NCBI GenBank assembly: GCA_964510655.1
Contig: CAZEAY010000001.1
Location: 164,944 to 228,943 of the forward strand
Length of the DNA: 64,000 nt
Source of the DNA: an uncultured Candidatus Saccharibacteria bacterium
GTDB taxonomy: Bacteria > Patescibacteriota > Minisyncoccia > Phycocordibacterales > XYD1-FULL-46-19
Reading direction: 5' to 3'
This document shows positions 16,371-25,632 of the stretch, piece after piece. Under the pieces are notes generated by a model. That model was not told the DNA's origin, did not search any database, and saw nothing but the letters and a program-made list of their open reading frames with translations. Within the stretch, counting starts at the first letter, position 1. Each line of letters starts with the position of its first letter. Made by a program: the position numbers and the translations under genes.

Positions 16371-19241
16371 ATGAAAAAATACGATCCAAAGAAGATTGAG
16401 GGTAAGTGGCAGAAGGTTTGGGATAAATCTGGCATTTACCAGGCTAAAGATTTTTCTAAAAAACCCAAGTGGTATTCTTTGATCGAGTTTCCTTATCCTT
16501 CTGGTGATGGTCTTCATACTGGCCATATTCGGAGTAATACCGCAATGGATATTATCTCGCGTAAACGGCGTATGGAGGGCTACAACGTCCTTTATCCTAT
16601 TGGTTGGGATGCTTTTGGGTTACCAACAGAAAATTACGCTATTAAAACAGGTATCCATCCGGTGAAGGTAACGAAAAAAAATACTGATATTTTTCGTAAG
16701 CAACTTAAATCGGTAGGCTTTTCTTTTGACTGGAAACGCGAAATAAATACTAGTGATCCTAATTACTACAAATGGACTCAGTGGATTTTTTTGCAATTAT
16801 TCAAAAAGGGGCTGGCTTATAAACAAAAAACTTTAATCAACTGGTGCCCAAAAGATAAGACTGGACTGGCTAATGAGGAGGTGGTCAATGGTTGTTGTGA
16901 ACGCTGTGGAACCGAGGTGGTCAAAAAAGAAAAAGAACAGTGGATGTTGGCTATCACTAAATATGCGGATCGCCTTGATAAAGATTTAGATAAGGTGGAC
17001 TATTTGCCCCAGATTAAAACCCAACAACGTAATTGGATTGGTCGCTCTGAAGGAGCGGAGATAAAATTCAAAATTCAAGAGGTAAAAGGCCAAAGTGAAG
17101 GTCAAAATAGAAAAGTTGAACACGAAATTTCGGTTTTTACTACTCGTGCTGATACGTTGTTTGGGGTAACTTATGTTGTTTTGGCGCCAGAACATGAATT
17201 GGTTAATAATTTAAAGTTGGAAATTAAAAATTGGGAAGAAGTAAGTAACTATATTAAAAAGGTTAGCAAGGAAAGTGACACCGAGCGCACAGCGGAAAAT
17301 AGAGAGAAGACTGGTGTCAGGTTGGAGGGTATTACCGCCATTAATCCCGCCAATCAGGAAGAGGTACCGGTTTTTATTGCCGACTATGTTTTAGCTTCTT
17401 ATGGCACAGGAGCGGTAATGGCTGTACCGGCCCACGATGAACGAGATTGGGCTTTTGCAAAAAAATATAATTTGCCAATTAAAGAAGTTATCATTCCAGA
17501 GCGAATTGATAAGAGAAATCCACCGGTGGCTGGCAAAAAAGAAGTCGAAAGACAAAATGTTCATGCCATTGTTTACAATCCGCAGACTAAAAAATACCTC
17601 TGTCTTAATTGGAAAAAATATAATTGGAAAACTTTCCCAATGGGGGGAGTGGAAAAGGGTGAAAATGTTGTGGAAGCAGCTAGGCGTGAAGTTTTGGAGG
17701 AGACTGGCTATTCCGATTTAAAACTTGTCAGAGTTCTTGGCGGACAGGTAAAAGCTGAATATTTTGCTGCTCATAAAGACCAAAATCGAGTGGCTTATAC
17801 GAGTGCTGTTTATTTTGAATTAAAAAGTGAACAAAGAGAATCGGTGACTAAGACCGAAGAAGAGATGTATGATCTTGTGTGGTCGGATTGGAATGACATT
17901 ACGGTTGACAAAATGACTCACGCGGAAATGGATGTCTGGTTGGAACGATTAGAAAATGAAGAGAGATCATTTACTGATTATGGTATTTTGATTAACTCTG
18001 GACAATTTAACAAACTTAGCAGTGAACAAGCTAAAAAAGAAATCACTAAATTTGTTAAAGGAAAAATTGTCACCAAGTATAAATTACGTGATTGGGTTTT
18101 TTCTCGTCAGCGTTATTGGGGTGAACCAATTCCTCTGGTTTATTGTGAAAAAGACGGATGGGTGGCGGTACCAGAAAAAGAACTGCCGGTTGTTTTACCT
18201 AATGTAAAAAATTATCAGCCGTCTGATGAGGGGGAATCCCCACTGTCTCGTGATAAAAAATGGGTAAATACCACCTGTCCAACTTGTGGCGGTAAGGCGA
18301 CGAGAGAAACTGACACCATGCCAAACTGGGCCGGATCATCTTGGTATTCTTTGCGCTATATCGATCCAACTAATAAAAAGAGTTTGGCTGATGTGAAAAA
18401 ATTAAAATATTGGCAACCAGTAGATTGGTATAATGGTGGAGCTGAACATATTACCCTACACCTCCTTTATTCTCGTTTTTGGAGTAAGTTTTTATATGAT
18501 CTGGGTATGTCTCCAGCCGACGAACCTTATCTAAAAAGAACTACCCATGGGATGATTTTGGGGGCGGGAGGAATTAAAATGTCAAAATCTAAAGGTAATG
18601 TGGTAAATCCAGACACGACCGTAAAGACTTACGGGGCGGATACTCTGCGTGTTTATGAAATGTTTATGGGTCCTTTTGATCAGTCTATTGCTTGGAGTAC
18701 TGAAAGTATTATTGGTTCTCGCCGATTTTTAGATAAGGTTTGGAATATTGGCCAAAAAACCACCAAAATTAAACCAACAGAGGAATTTGAGATTTTGACC
18801 AACAAAACAATTAAAAAGGTAGGGGAAGATATTGAGGTCATGGGTTTCAATACGGCCATTTCTGCGATGATGATGTGGGCTAACGAAGCTGACAAGCTGG
18901 ACCAGGTTCCCATTTCTTCACTTTTGGATTTTCTCAAAGTTTTAGCTCCTTTTGCCCCTCATTTAGCCGAAGAGTTGTGGGCGAGTTTGGGTAACAAAAA
19001 AACCATTCACTTGGAAAAGTGGCCTATTTACGATGAAACTAAATTAAAAGATAAGACGGTAACAATTGTGGTGCAGATCAATGGTAAAGTTCGCGATTCT
19101 TTTGAAACAGAAGCGGGGATTAGTCAGTCAGACATGGAGGAAAAGGTCTTAGTAAGAGAGGTTGTAAAAAAATGGATGGAAGGTCAAACCGTTCGTAAAA
19201 TCATCTATGTTCCAGATAAGTTAGTGAATATTGTTTTATAA
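16371..19241 (+). CDS. leuS: Leucine--tRNA ligase with internal NUDIX domain
   Basis: FPYPSG.GLHTGH, GWDAFGLP.EN, Q.NWIGRS.G, GTGAVMAVPAHD.RD, RDW.FSRQRYWG.P, KMSKS. Confidence 0.97.
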   Translation: MKKYDPKKIEGKWQKVWDKSGIYQAKDFSKKPKWYSLIEFPYPSGDGLHTGHIRSNTAMDIISRKRRMEGYNVLYPIGWDAFGLPTENYAIKTGIHPVKVTKKNTDIFRKQLKSVGFSFDWKREINTSDPNYYKWTQWIFLQLFKKGLAYKQKTLINWCPKDKTGLANEEVVNGCCERCGTEVVKKEKEQWMLAITKYADRLDKDLDKVDYLPQIKTQQRNWIGRSEGAEIKFKIQEVKGQSEGQNRKVEHEISVFTTRADTLFGVTYVVLAPEHELVNNLKLEIKNWEEVSNYIKKVSKESDTERTAENREKTGVRLEGITAINPANQEEVPVFIADYVLASYGTGAVMAVPAHDERDWAFAKKYNLPIKEVIIPERIDKRNPPVAGKKEVERQNVHAIVYNPQTKKYLCLNWKKYNWKTFPMGGVEKGENVVEAARREVLEETGYSDLKLVRVLGGQVKAEYFAAHKDQNRVAYTSAVYFELKSEQRESVTKTEEEMYDLVWSDWNDITVDKMTHAEMDVWLERLENEERSFTDYGILINSGQFNKLSSEQAKKEITKFVKGKIVTKYKLRDWVFSRQRYWGEPIPLVYCEKDGWVAVPEKELPVVLPNVKNYQPSDEGESPLSRDKKWVNTTCPTCGGKATRETDTMPNWAGSSWYSLRYIDPTNKKSLADVKKLKYWQPVDWYNGGAEHITLHLLYSRFWSKFLYDLGMSPADEPYLKRTTHGMILGAGGIKMSKSKGNVVNPDTTVKTYGADTLRVYEMFMGPFDQSIAWSTESIIGSRRFLDKVWNIGQKTTKIKPTEEFEILTNKTIKKVGEDIEVMGFNTAISAMMMWANEADKLDQVPISSLLDFLKVLAPFAPHLAEELWASLGNKKTIHLEKWPIYDETKLKDKTVTIVVQINGKVRDSFETEAGISQSDMEEKVLVREVVKKWMEGQTVRKIIYVPDKLVNIVL

Positions 19242-19253
19242 GTGACCTCTGGT

Positions 19254-19320
19254 CTACGGGGTTGACCCCTGTAGTAGATTTTGACCAAAGGAGTCTTTCA
19301 AAATTCACTACGGGGTTGAC
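19254..19320. repeat. Intergenic element with CTACGGGGTTGAC direct repeats and internal inverted repeat
   Basis: 13-bp direct repeat at 19254 and 19308; CCCCTGTAGT..TTTTGA / TCAAAA..ACTACGGGG arms. Confidence 0.7.
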
Positions 19321-19405
19321 TTATATTTCAAAAGATGATACAAATAGACTATCGTAAAATTAATCAAAAGAAGATTTAATACGTTTTATTTATCAATAAA
19401 TTATT

Positions 19406-20440
19406 ATGGCTAAAGAAAATTTGTCGTTTAAACCCAAGGATGCGATCAAAAAACTTTTGTCTCCTCTCTCTGATCGAGCAAGAGATATTATCACCAAACG
19501 CTACGGTCTGGGTAAAAACTCTGTCCGAATGACTCTAGAGGCTATTGGTGGTGAATATAAGATTACTCGCGAACGGGTTCGCCAGATTGAAAATTTTGCC
19601 ATCAATACTATAAAAAAATCTGAACACTATCAAAAATCTGATCTCTATTTTAATGAAATAAAGACTTTGATGGATGATTTTGGTGGTGTGGTACATGAGT
19701 CAGAATTTTTAGAATCTATTTCTAAAGATAAGGCAACTCAGAATCATATCCATTTTATGTTGGTTCTCTCTGATGCCTTTTTTAAACTGCGAGAAGATGA
19801 AGAATTTCATCATCGCTGGACCACTAACCGTGAATTGGCCTCTAAGGTACACAACTCGATCAAGGACCTTTGCCAAAACTTTACGGAAAATGATTTAGTA
19901 TCAGAACAAGAATTAATCACTCGTTTCTTGGGTGAATTAAAAGAAATTGTTGATGATGATAAGACCCGCGCTTTTGCTAAGAAATGGCTGGCGATTTCTA
20001 AAAATATTGGTCAAAATCCCTTGGGTGAGTGGGGGTTAGTAAAATCTCCAAATGTAAAAATGCGTGGTATTAGAGACTATGCTTACTTAGTCATTCGTCA
20101 AAATGGTTCACCAATGCACTTTGTTGAAGTGGCTAAAGCGATTTCCACTACTTTTGGTAAAAAGGCTCATCCCGCTACTTGCCACAATGAATTAATTAAA
20201 GATAAGCGTTTTGTTTTGGTTGGTCGCGGTCTTTATGCCTTGGCTGAGTGGGGATACACCAAAGGTATCGTCGCCGATGTTATTCGTACTCTACTAAAGA
20301 AAGAAGGACCACTAACTCGAGAAGAAATTGTTGGAAAAGTATTAAAGGAACGTCACGTTAAAGAAAATACTATTATTGTAAACCTTCAAAATCCAAAGTA
20401 TTTCCGTAAGGAGAAGGGTGGGAAATATAGTATTGTTTAA
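19406..20440 (+). CDS. Sigma-70 region 4 / HARE-HTH-like DNA-binding protein
   Basis: LSDRARDII..RYGL...TLEAIG..Y.ITRERVRQIE; C-terminal PMHF.EVA..I...T.HNELI...RF.LVGRG.YAL. Confidence 0.8.
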   Translation: MAKENLSFKPKDAIKKLLSPLSDRARDIITKRYGLGKNSVRMTLEAIGGEYKITRERVRQIENFAINTIKKSEHYQKSDLYFNEIKTLMDDFGGVVHESEFLESISKDKATQNHIHFMLVLSDAFFKLREDEEFHHRWTTNRELASKVHNSIKDLCQNFTENDLVSEQELITRFLGELKEIVDDDKTRAFAKKWLAISKNIGQNPLGEWGLVKSPNVKMRGIRDYAYLVIRQNGSPMHFVEVAKAISTTFGKKAHPATCHNELIKDKRFVLVGRGLYALAEWGYTKGIVADVIRTLLKKEGPLTREEIVGKVLKERHVKENTIIVNLQNPKYFRKEKGGKYSIV

Positions 20441-20552
20441 AATCAAAATAGATAACTAAAAAAACGCTTACTGGCGTTTTTTTAGTTCTCCACATTTTTC
20501 AATTAAAATCTGTCGCTCTTTAAGTGAGAATGTTGTATTATTCTAAGTATCT

Positions 20553-21773
20553 ATGACTCCCGACCTATTTTTCCAACACCCAGTATTTATTTTGTGGGTT
20601 TGGGCTTGGCGTACAATTTTGTGGTGGTATCCAGTGGTAGCCGTCTATGCCTTAGGTTATGTCTATATGGCTTATATTAGGGCCAACTGGATTAAAAATA
20701 TTCCTTGGGTACTCTTAGAAATTAAGATGCCTAAAGAAATTTCCAAATCTCCTCAGGCTATGGAGGTGCTGTTTGCTCAAATGTATCAAACCGCCCCCAA
20801 TTCTTTAATTGATATCTACATTAAAGGACGCACTCGTTCGTGGTTTTCATTAGAAATTGTTTCTATTGAAGGAAATATCCATTTTTACATTCGCACGGAA
20901 GCCAAATTTAAAAAATTAATTGAATCGGGAATTTATTCTCAATATCCCGGCGTAGAAGTTTATGAGGCTGATGACTATGTTTACAAAGTTCCTTATGGTG
21001 TTCCCGGAAGCGACTGGGAAATATTTGGAGTGGAATTTAAATTATCAAAACCCGATGCGTTTCCAATCAAGACTTATGTTGATTATGGTCTAGATAAAGA
21101 CCCAAAAGAGGAATTTAAAATCGATCCACTAACCCAGGTGTTAGAATTTTTAGGTTCTATTGGTCAAGGAGAACAAATTTGGCTTCAAATACCTATGATG
21201 GCGGCACGTAATCGTTATCCTAAGCCTGGTACTTGGTTTGGAACCCAAAGTTGGCAGGACGTTGGTAAGGCGGAAATTAAAAAGCTTTCAGAGGCCGGTC
21301 AGAAGAAAGATGACCCTTATGGTGGAGTATTTAAATTAACTCCGGGAGAAATTGAGAAACTGAAGGCTGTTGAAAGGAGTTTGAGCAAATACGGCTTTGA
21401 CTGTGGTTATCGTGGCATTTATTTAGCCAAAGGTGAATCATTTGATGGGGTAAATATTGGCCGATTGATTGGTAGTATCAAACAGTATGGTTCTGAAAAT
21501 TTGAATGGTTTTAAACTAAATCTTAATACCAGTTTTGATTATCCTTGGCAAGATTTTCGGGGGATACGTTTGGCTAAAATGAAAAGGGACATCTTCAGAA
21601 ATTATCGTCGTCGGGCTTATTTTTTCCCTCCCGCGAAATCTGTTCCTTTCGTTTTGAACACAGAAGAATTGGCAACCATTTTCCACTTCCCTGGATTAGT
21701 GGCTAATACTCCAACTCTTGACCGTATTAGTTCGAAGCGAGGTGAACCGCCTCCAAATTTGCCCGTGGCCTAA
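20553..21773 (+). CDS. Hypothetical membrane-anchored protein
   Basis: 406-aa ORF; N-terminal TM, LLEI..P.E..KSP.AME, LN.EELATIFHFP. Confidence 0.8.
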   Translation: MTPDLFFQHPVFILWVWAWRTILWWYPVVAVYALGYVYMAYIRANWIKNIPWVLLEIKMPKEISKSPQAMEVLFAQMYQTAPNSLIDIYIKGRTRSWFSLEIVSIEGNIHFYIRTEAKFKKLIESGIYSQYPGVEVYEADDYVYKVPYGVPGSDWEIFGVEFKLSKPDAFPIKTYVDYGLDKDPKEEFKIDPLTQVLEFLGSIGQGEQIWLQIPMMAARNRYPKPGTWFGTQSWQDVGKAEIKKLSEAGQKKDDPYGGVFKLTPGEIEKLKAVERSLSKYGFDCGYRGIYLAKGESFDGVNIGRLIGSIKQYGSENLNGFKLNLNTSFDYPWQDFRGIRLAKMKRDIFRNYRRRAYFFPPAKSVPFVLNTEELATIFHFPGLVANTPTLDRISSKRGEPPPNLPVA

Positions 21774-21788
21774 ATTAATATTTTTTTC

Positions 21789-22811
21789 ATGATTAAAAAA
21801 GAGGACCTAATAGCGCCCATAGTTAAACATTGTGATTGGGTTAAAGATAAATTAAATCATTATAAATTTTGGCGAGAGACTGGTCTGACAGTATTAGCTT
21901 TTTCTTTGTGGCTGTTGGGACTTTATGCTGTTTTTTGTTCGGCCCCCTTTGGTTTTCCTGAAGGGACGATAATGCGCGTGCATAAAAATACCAGTATCAG
22001 TCAGTTAAGTCTCTCTCTTTATGACAAAGAGATGATTCGTTCTCCTTTTGTTTTTAAAGTTTTAACAAGTCTTTTTGATTCAGGAAAAGTTTTTGCCGGC
22101 GACTATCGTTTTAAAGATAAAGAAAATGTTTTTACGTTAGCTCGTCGCTTTACCCGCGGAGAATTTGGAATCAATCCTACCAGAGTTACTATCTTAGAGG
22201 GATCTAGTTCCCGTGAAATTGCGACATTGTTAGATAAAAAATTACCTGTTTTCGAAAAAGATGCCTTTATCGCTTTAGCCGAGAAACAAGAGGGGCATCT
22301 TTTTCCTGATACTTACTTTATTAAGCCCTCTGATGACGAAGGCGACATTATCAAGTTGATGACCGATAATTTTGAGAAACAACTTAGCAAGATTAAGCTT
22401 GATGTTTTGGCCTCTAATCGCAGTTTTGATGATATTCTTACCATGGCTTCAATTATTGAATTAGAAACAAGAACACCAGAATCACGTCGAATGGTGTCTG
22501 GTATATTATGGAATCGGATTAAAAAAGATATGAAACTTCAGGTGGATGCAGTTTTTCCTTATATTATGAACAAATATAGTTTGCAGTTGACAATGAAAGA
22601 TTTGCAAACCGATTCTCCTTATAACACTTATAAATATAAAGGATTGCCGCCAGGACCAGTTGGCAACCCAGGTTTAGACTCTATTAAAGCGGCTCTCAAT
22701 CCAACCAAGACTTCTTACCTATATTATTTGTCAGACAAGCAAGGGAAGATGCATTATGCTGAAACCTATAAGGGACATATGGCGAACAGACGGAAATATT
22801 TAGGAATGTAG
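21789..22811 (+). CDS. mltG: Endolytic transglycosylase MltG
   Basis: TI.EG, EG.LFPDTY, MASIIE.E, NR....M.LQVD, SPYNTY...GLPPGP..NPG. Confidence 0.93.
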   Translation: MIKKEDLIAPIVKHCDWVKDKLNHYKFWRETGLTVLAFSLWLLGLYAVFCSAPFGFPEGTIMRVHKNTSISQLSLSLYDKEMIRSPFVFKVLTSLFDSGKVFAGDYRFKDKENVFTLARRFTRGEFGINPTRVTILEGSSSREIATLLDKKLPVFEKDAFIALAEKQEGHLFPDTYFIKPSDDEGDIIKLMTDNFEKQLSKIKLDVLASNRSFDDILTMASIIELETRTPESRRMVSGILWNRIKKDMKLQVDAVFPYIMNKYSLQLTMKDLQTDSPYNTYKYKGLPPGPVGNPGLDSIKAALNPTKTSYLYYLSDKQGKMHYAETYKGHMANRRKYLGM

Positions 22812-22919
22812 TTAAAAATTTACTCTTCTTTAGTAGACTTTAAATTATGTGAATAATGTTTTATACTTACTTTTCGCGACAGAATTTATTAAAGCCAAAC
22901 TAAAATATTATTTAAACAA

Positions 22920-23471
22920 GTGAAAAAAAGAAACCTAGCTTTTATTGATTTAGAAACCACCGGCTTGGATGCCGACAAACATGAAATTATTGAAATTGGC
23001 TGTATTATTGCGCGCCAAGTAGAACGAGACGGACGAGGAAATGATTTGGAAGTTATAGAAGAATTTGATTTAAAAGTAAAACCAGAACATATTGAAACTT
23101 CGGACCCAGAGTCCCTTAAAATAAATGGTTATCATGAAATGGATTGGATGTTTGCCGTTTCTTTAGAACAGGCAATGAAAATGTTAGCTGAGAAAACCGA
23201 TGGAGCGATGTTGGTCGCTCAAAATGTTGCCTTCGATTGGCTGTTTTTGGAAAAAGCTTTCGCTAAAACAGGGATAGAGAATAAAATGGATTTTCATCGG
23301 ATAGACATTTTATCGATGGCCTATGGAAAACTTTATCATGATGACAGAGCTCAGAGATTTTCTTTACGAGCCCTGTGTGAATATTTTGATATTAAAAATG
23401 ATCGAGCCCATTCCGCCTTAGCCGATATTCGGGCTGAATACGAGGTTTATAAAAAATTAATTGAGCTGTAA
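22920..23471 (+). CDS. DEDDh 3'-5' exonuclease (DnaQ-like)
   Basis: FIDLETTGL, EIIEIG, N..FD..FL, AHSAL.D. Confidence 0.9.
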   Translation: MKKRNLAFIDLETTGLDADKHEIIEIGCIIARQVERDGRGNDLEVIEEFDLKVKPEHIETSDPESLKINGYHEMDWMFAVSLEQAMKMLAEKTDGAMLVAQNVAFDWLFLEKAFAKTGIENKMDFHRIDILSMAYGKLYHDDRAQRFSLRALCEYFDIKNDRAHSALADIRAEYEVYKKLIEL

Positions 23472-23487
23472 GTTTTTATAAAAGAAA

Positions 23488-23518
23488 GCCCGCGACGTCA
23501 TTAGATGACGTCGCGGGC
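23488..23518 (-). terminator. GC-rich hairpin ending unit G
   Basis: GCCCGCGACGTCAT-tag-ATGACGTCGCGGGC, 14-bp perfect arms. Confidence 0.8.
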
Positions 23519-23542
23519 AACAAGAGACGTTGAACCCGAGGA

Positions 23543-23809
23543 TTATTCGATTACAGAGATCATTCCACGCATATCATCCTTGGCAAGAACTGCATATGCC
23601 AATTTACGGATTGCCTTGATTGTTTGACCACCAAGGCCGATAACCTGTCCGACCTCCTCTCGGGCGACACGGATTTCATAGATGACGGTGTTGTTTGTTG
23701 ACATCATATCCACGTCAACACGTTCTGGACTGTCCACGAGCAGGCGGACCCACAGAAGGATTGCTTCCTGTACCTGCTTTTCAGGAGGGATAGAAGATTC
23801 GGTAACCAT
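23543..23809 (-). CDS. KhpA-like single KH-domain RNA-binding protein (solo unit G)
   Basis: LVDSPE.V.V, I.V...E.GQVIG.GG.TI.AIR; GAGGTG 5 nt before ATG 23809; TTGACA-17-TAATAT upstream. Confidence 0.8.
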   Translation of the reverse strand: MVTESSIPPEKQVQEAILLWVRLLVDSPERVDVDMMSTNNTVIYEIRVAREEVGQVIGLGGQTIKAIRKLAYAVLAKDDMRGMISVIE

Positions 23810-23986
23810 TGGAGCACCTCTCAGCGGGAACGGGTTCGGTGTGTCGTATAAAGAACACAGCTTACTGTCTAAAATATTAACTAAATATTTTGATTTTGTC
23901 AAATTGACCTAAATAACGATATTTGACCATTTACTGAATAAGTTATATAATAGAAGCTGAATTCTTTAAGAATGGAGGTGGTAAAT

Positions 23987-24265
23987 TTGCTTTACCTGTA
24001 TACTTTGGCTGAGGCCTCTCGTCTTATTCGAGAAAAAGATCCTGAGGCTTTCCCTGATCAAAACTGTTTGATTGCTGGCCAAGTAGCGCCTTTGAATTAC
24101 CTCTTATGGATGGTTAACACTGTGGCCGAAACAACAGATCGCGAGAAAGCGGCTCGCTTGGTCGGTTGGATCCTGGCTCATTTGGAGATACACGGTCTGC
24201 TGGATAAACAGACGAGCCATAATCTAGTCAAAAAAGATGTAGGAGCAAGCCCCTCGTCTTCCTGA
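23987..24265 (+). CDS. Hypothetical protein (solo unit H)
   Basis: TTGACC-17-TATAAT at 23923-23951; GGAGGTG 6 nt before TTG 23987; hairpin 24271-24304. Confidence 0.65.
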   Translation: MLYLYTLAEASRLIREKDPEAFPDQNCLIAGQVAPLNYLLWMVNTVAETTDREKAARLVGWILAHLEIHGLLDKQTSHNLVKKDVGASPSSS

Positions 24266-24270
24266 CTTTA

Positions 24271-24304
24271 TGGGCCAAGGTTACTCGTGTGTAATCTTGG
24301 CCCA
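24271..24304 (+). terminator. Terminator of unit H
   Basis: TGGGCCAAGGTTAC-tcgtgt-GTAATCTTGGCCCA then T tract. Confidence 0.75.
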
Positions 24305-24317
24305 CATTTTTTAATAT

Positions 24318-25421
24318 ATGAGTAATAAAATTACTAAAAAAGTTTTTGTTGGCATGTCTGGAGGAGTTGATTCTTCTGTTTCGGCGGCTTTGTTGCAAGA
24401 GCAAGGTTATGAAGTAATAGGAGTATTTATCAAGGCCTGGGAGCCAGAAGGTTTTGATTGTGGTTGGCGTGAAGAGCGGAGGGATACTATGAGAGTAGCT
24501 GCTCATCTAAAAATCCCCTTTGTCACCCTTGATCTTGGTAAAGAATACAAAGAATCTGTGGTGGATTATATGGTGGCTGAATATAAAGCTGGGCGAACAC
24601 CTAATCCAGATGTGATGTGCAATAAAGCAATTAAATTTGGTGCCTTCTTTAAAAGAGCCGTGTCTTTAGGGGCTGACTATGTGGCGATGGGACACTATGC
24701 ACAGATACAAAAAGCCAAATGTCAAAAGTCAAATGTCAAAAGCACAGAAGAAAAATATGAAATGCTTGCCGGAATAGACAAAAACAAAGATCAAACTTAT
24801 TTTCTCTGGACCTTAGGACAAGAGCAACTTAGTCACACCCTTTTTCCGGTTGGGCATTTAGAAAAAACTGAGGTAAGAAAGTTAGCGGAAAAGTTTAAAT
24901 TACCAAACAAAACCAAAAAAGACAGCCAGGGGATTTGTTTTGTTGGTCAACTTGATTTAAAAGAGTTTTTAAAAGAATTTATCGAAGAGAAAGATGGTGA
25001 TGTTTTAGATATGGAAGGAAATGTGGTGGGCAAACATCGCGGTGTTTTGTTTTACACTCTAGGAGAGCGTCATGGTTTTGAAATATTTAAGAAAACACCA
25101 AATGAATCACCTTTATATGTTATTTCTAAAGACTTAAAAAATAACACTATTACTGTTTCAGACAGCCCTTTTTCGAAAGATGATGATAAGGAAGTGCCAA
25201 TAGAGTCGGTAAATTGGGTATCTGGTCAAACTCCCGATTTATCAAAAAAATATCAAGCCCGTATTCGTTATCGCCAACCACTCCAAGAATGTCAGATTAG
25301 AGAAATTACTCCAAATAAATTTCAGGTGGTATTTGACCAACCACAAGCCTCGATTTCTTCTGGTCAGTCGGTCGTTATCTATGATGGTGAAATTTGTCTA
25401 GGTGGTGGAGTGATAAGTTAA
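24318..25421 (+). CDS. mnmA: tRNA-specific 2-thiouridylase MnmA
   Basis: GMSGGVDSSV, TPNPDVMCN..IKF, GHYA, KDQTYFL, KKDSQGICF, GQSVV.Y. Confidence 0.97.
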   Translation: MSNKITKKVFVGMSGGVDSSVSAALLQEQGYEVIGVFIKAWEPEGFDCGWREERRDTMRVAAHLKIPFVTLDLGKEYKESVVDYMVAEYKAGRTPNPDVMCNKAIKFGAFFKRAVSLGADYVAMGHYAQIQKAKCQKSNVKSTEEKYEMLAGIDKNKDQTYFLWTLGQEQLSHTLFPVGHLEKTEVRKLAEKFKLPNKTKKDSQGICFVGQLDLKEFLKEFIEEKDGDVLDMEGNVVGKHRGVLFYTLGERHGFEIFKKTPNESPLYVISKDLKNNTITVSDSPFSKDDDKEVPIESVNWVSGQTPDLSKKYQARIRYRQPLQECQIREITPNKFQVVFDQPQASISSGQSVVIYDGEICLGGGVIS

Positions 25422-25632
25422 TTAAAAATTACGAATTACTAATTATAAATTAATCATCACTTTGAGCTCGAACCTCAAAGTGATGATTTTTGCTTTTGAG
25501 GCTGAATTTGATAGTATAATTAATACTTGTCCCGTTAAAAATAGACTTGTGGATTTAAGGTGGGCAAAACAAATAGTGGTAATTAACTGTGTGTTTCGAT
25601 GAGATTATATTAGAAAATAAATTTTTAATGGG

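Noticed and set aside
22829-22856. dif-like sequence CTTTAGTAGAC-TTTAAA-TTATGTGAATA
   Set aside because: Only TTATGT and TAGA match known dif arms; too weak in AT-rich DNA without a skew calculation
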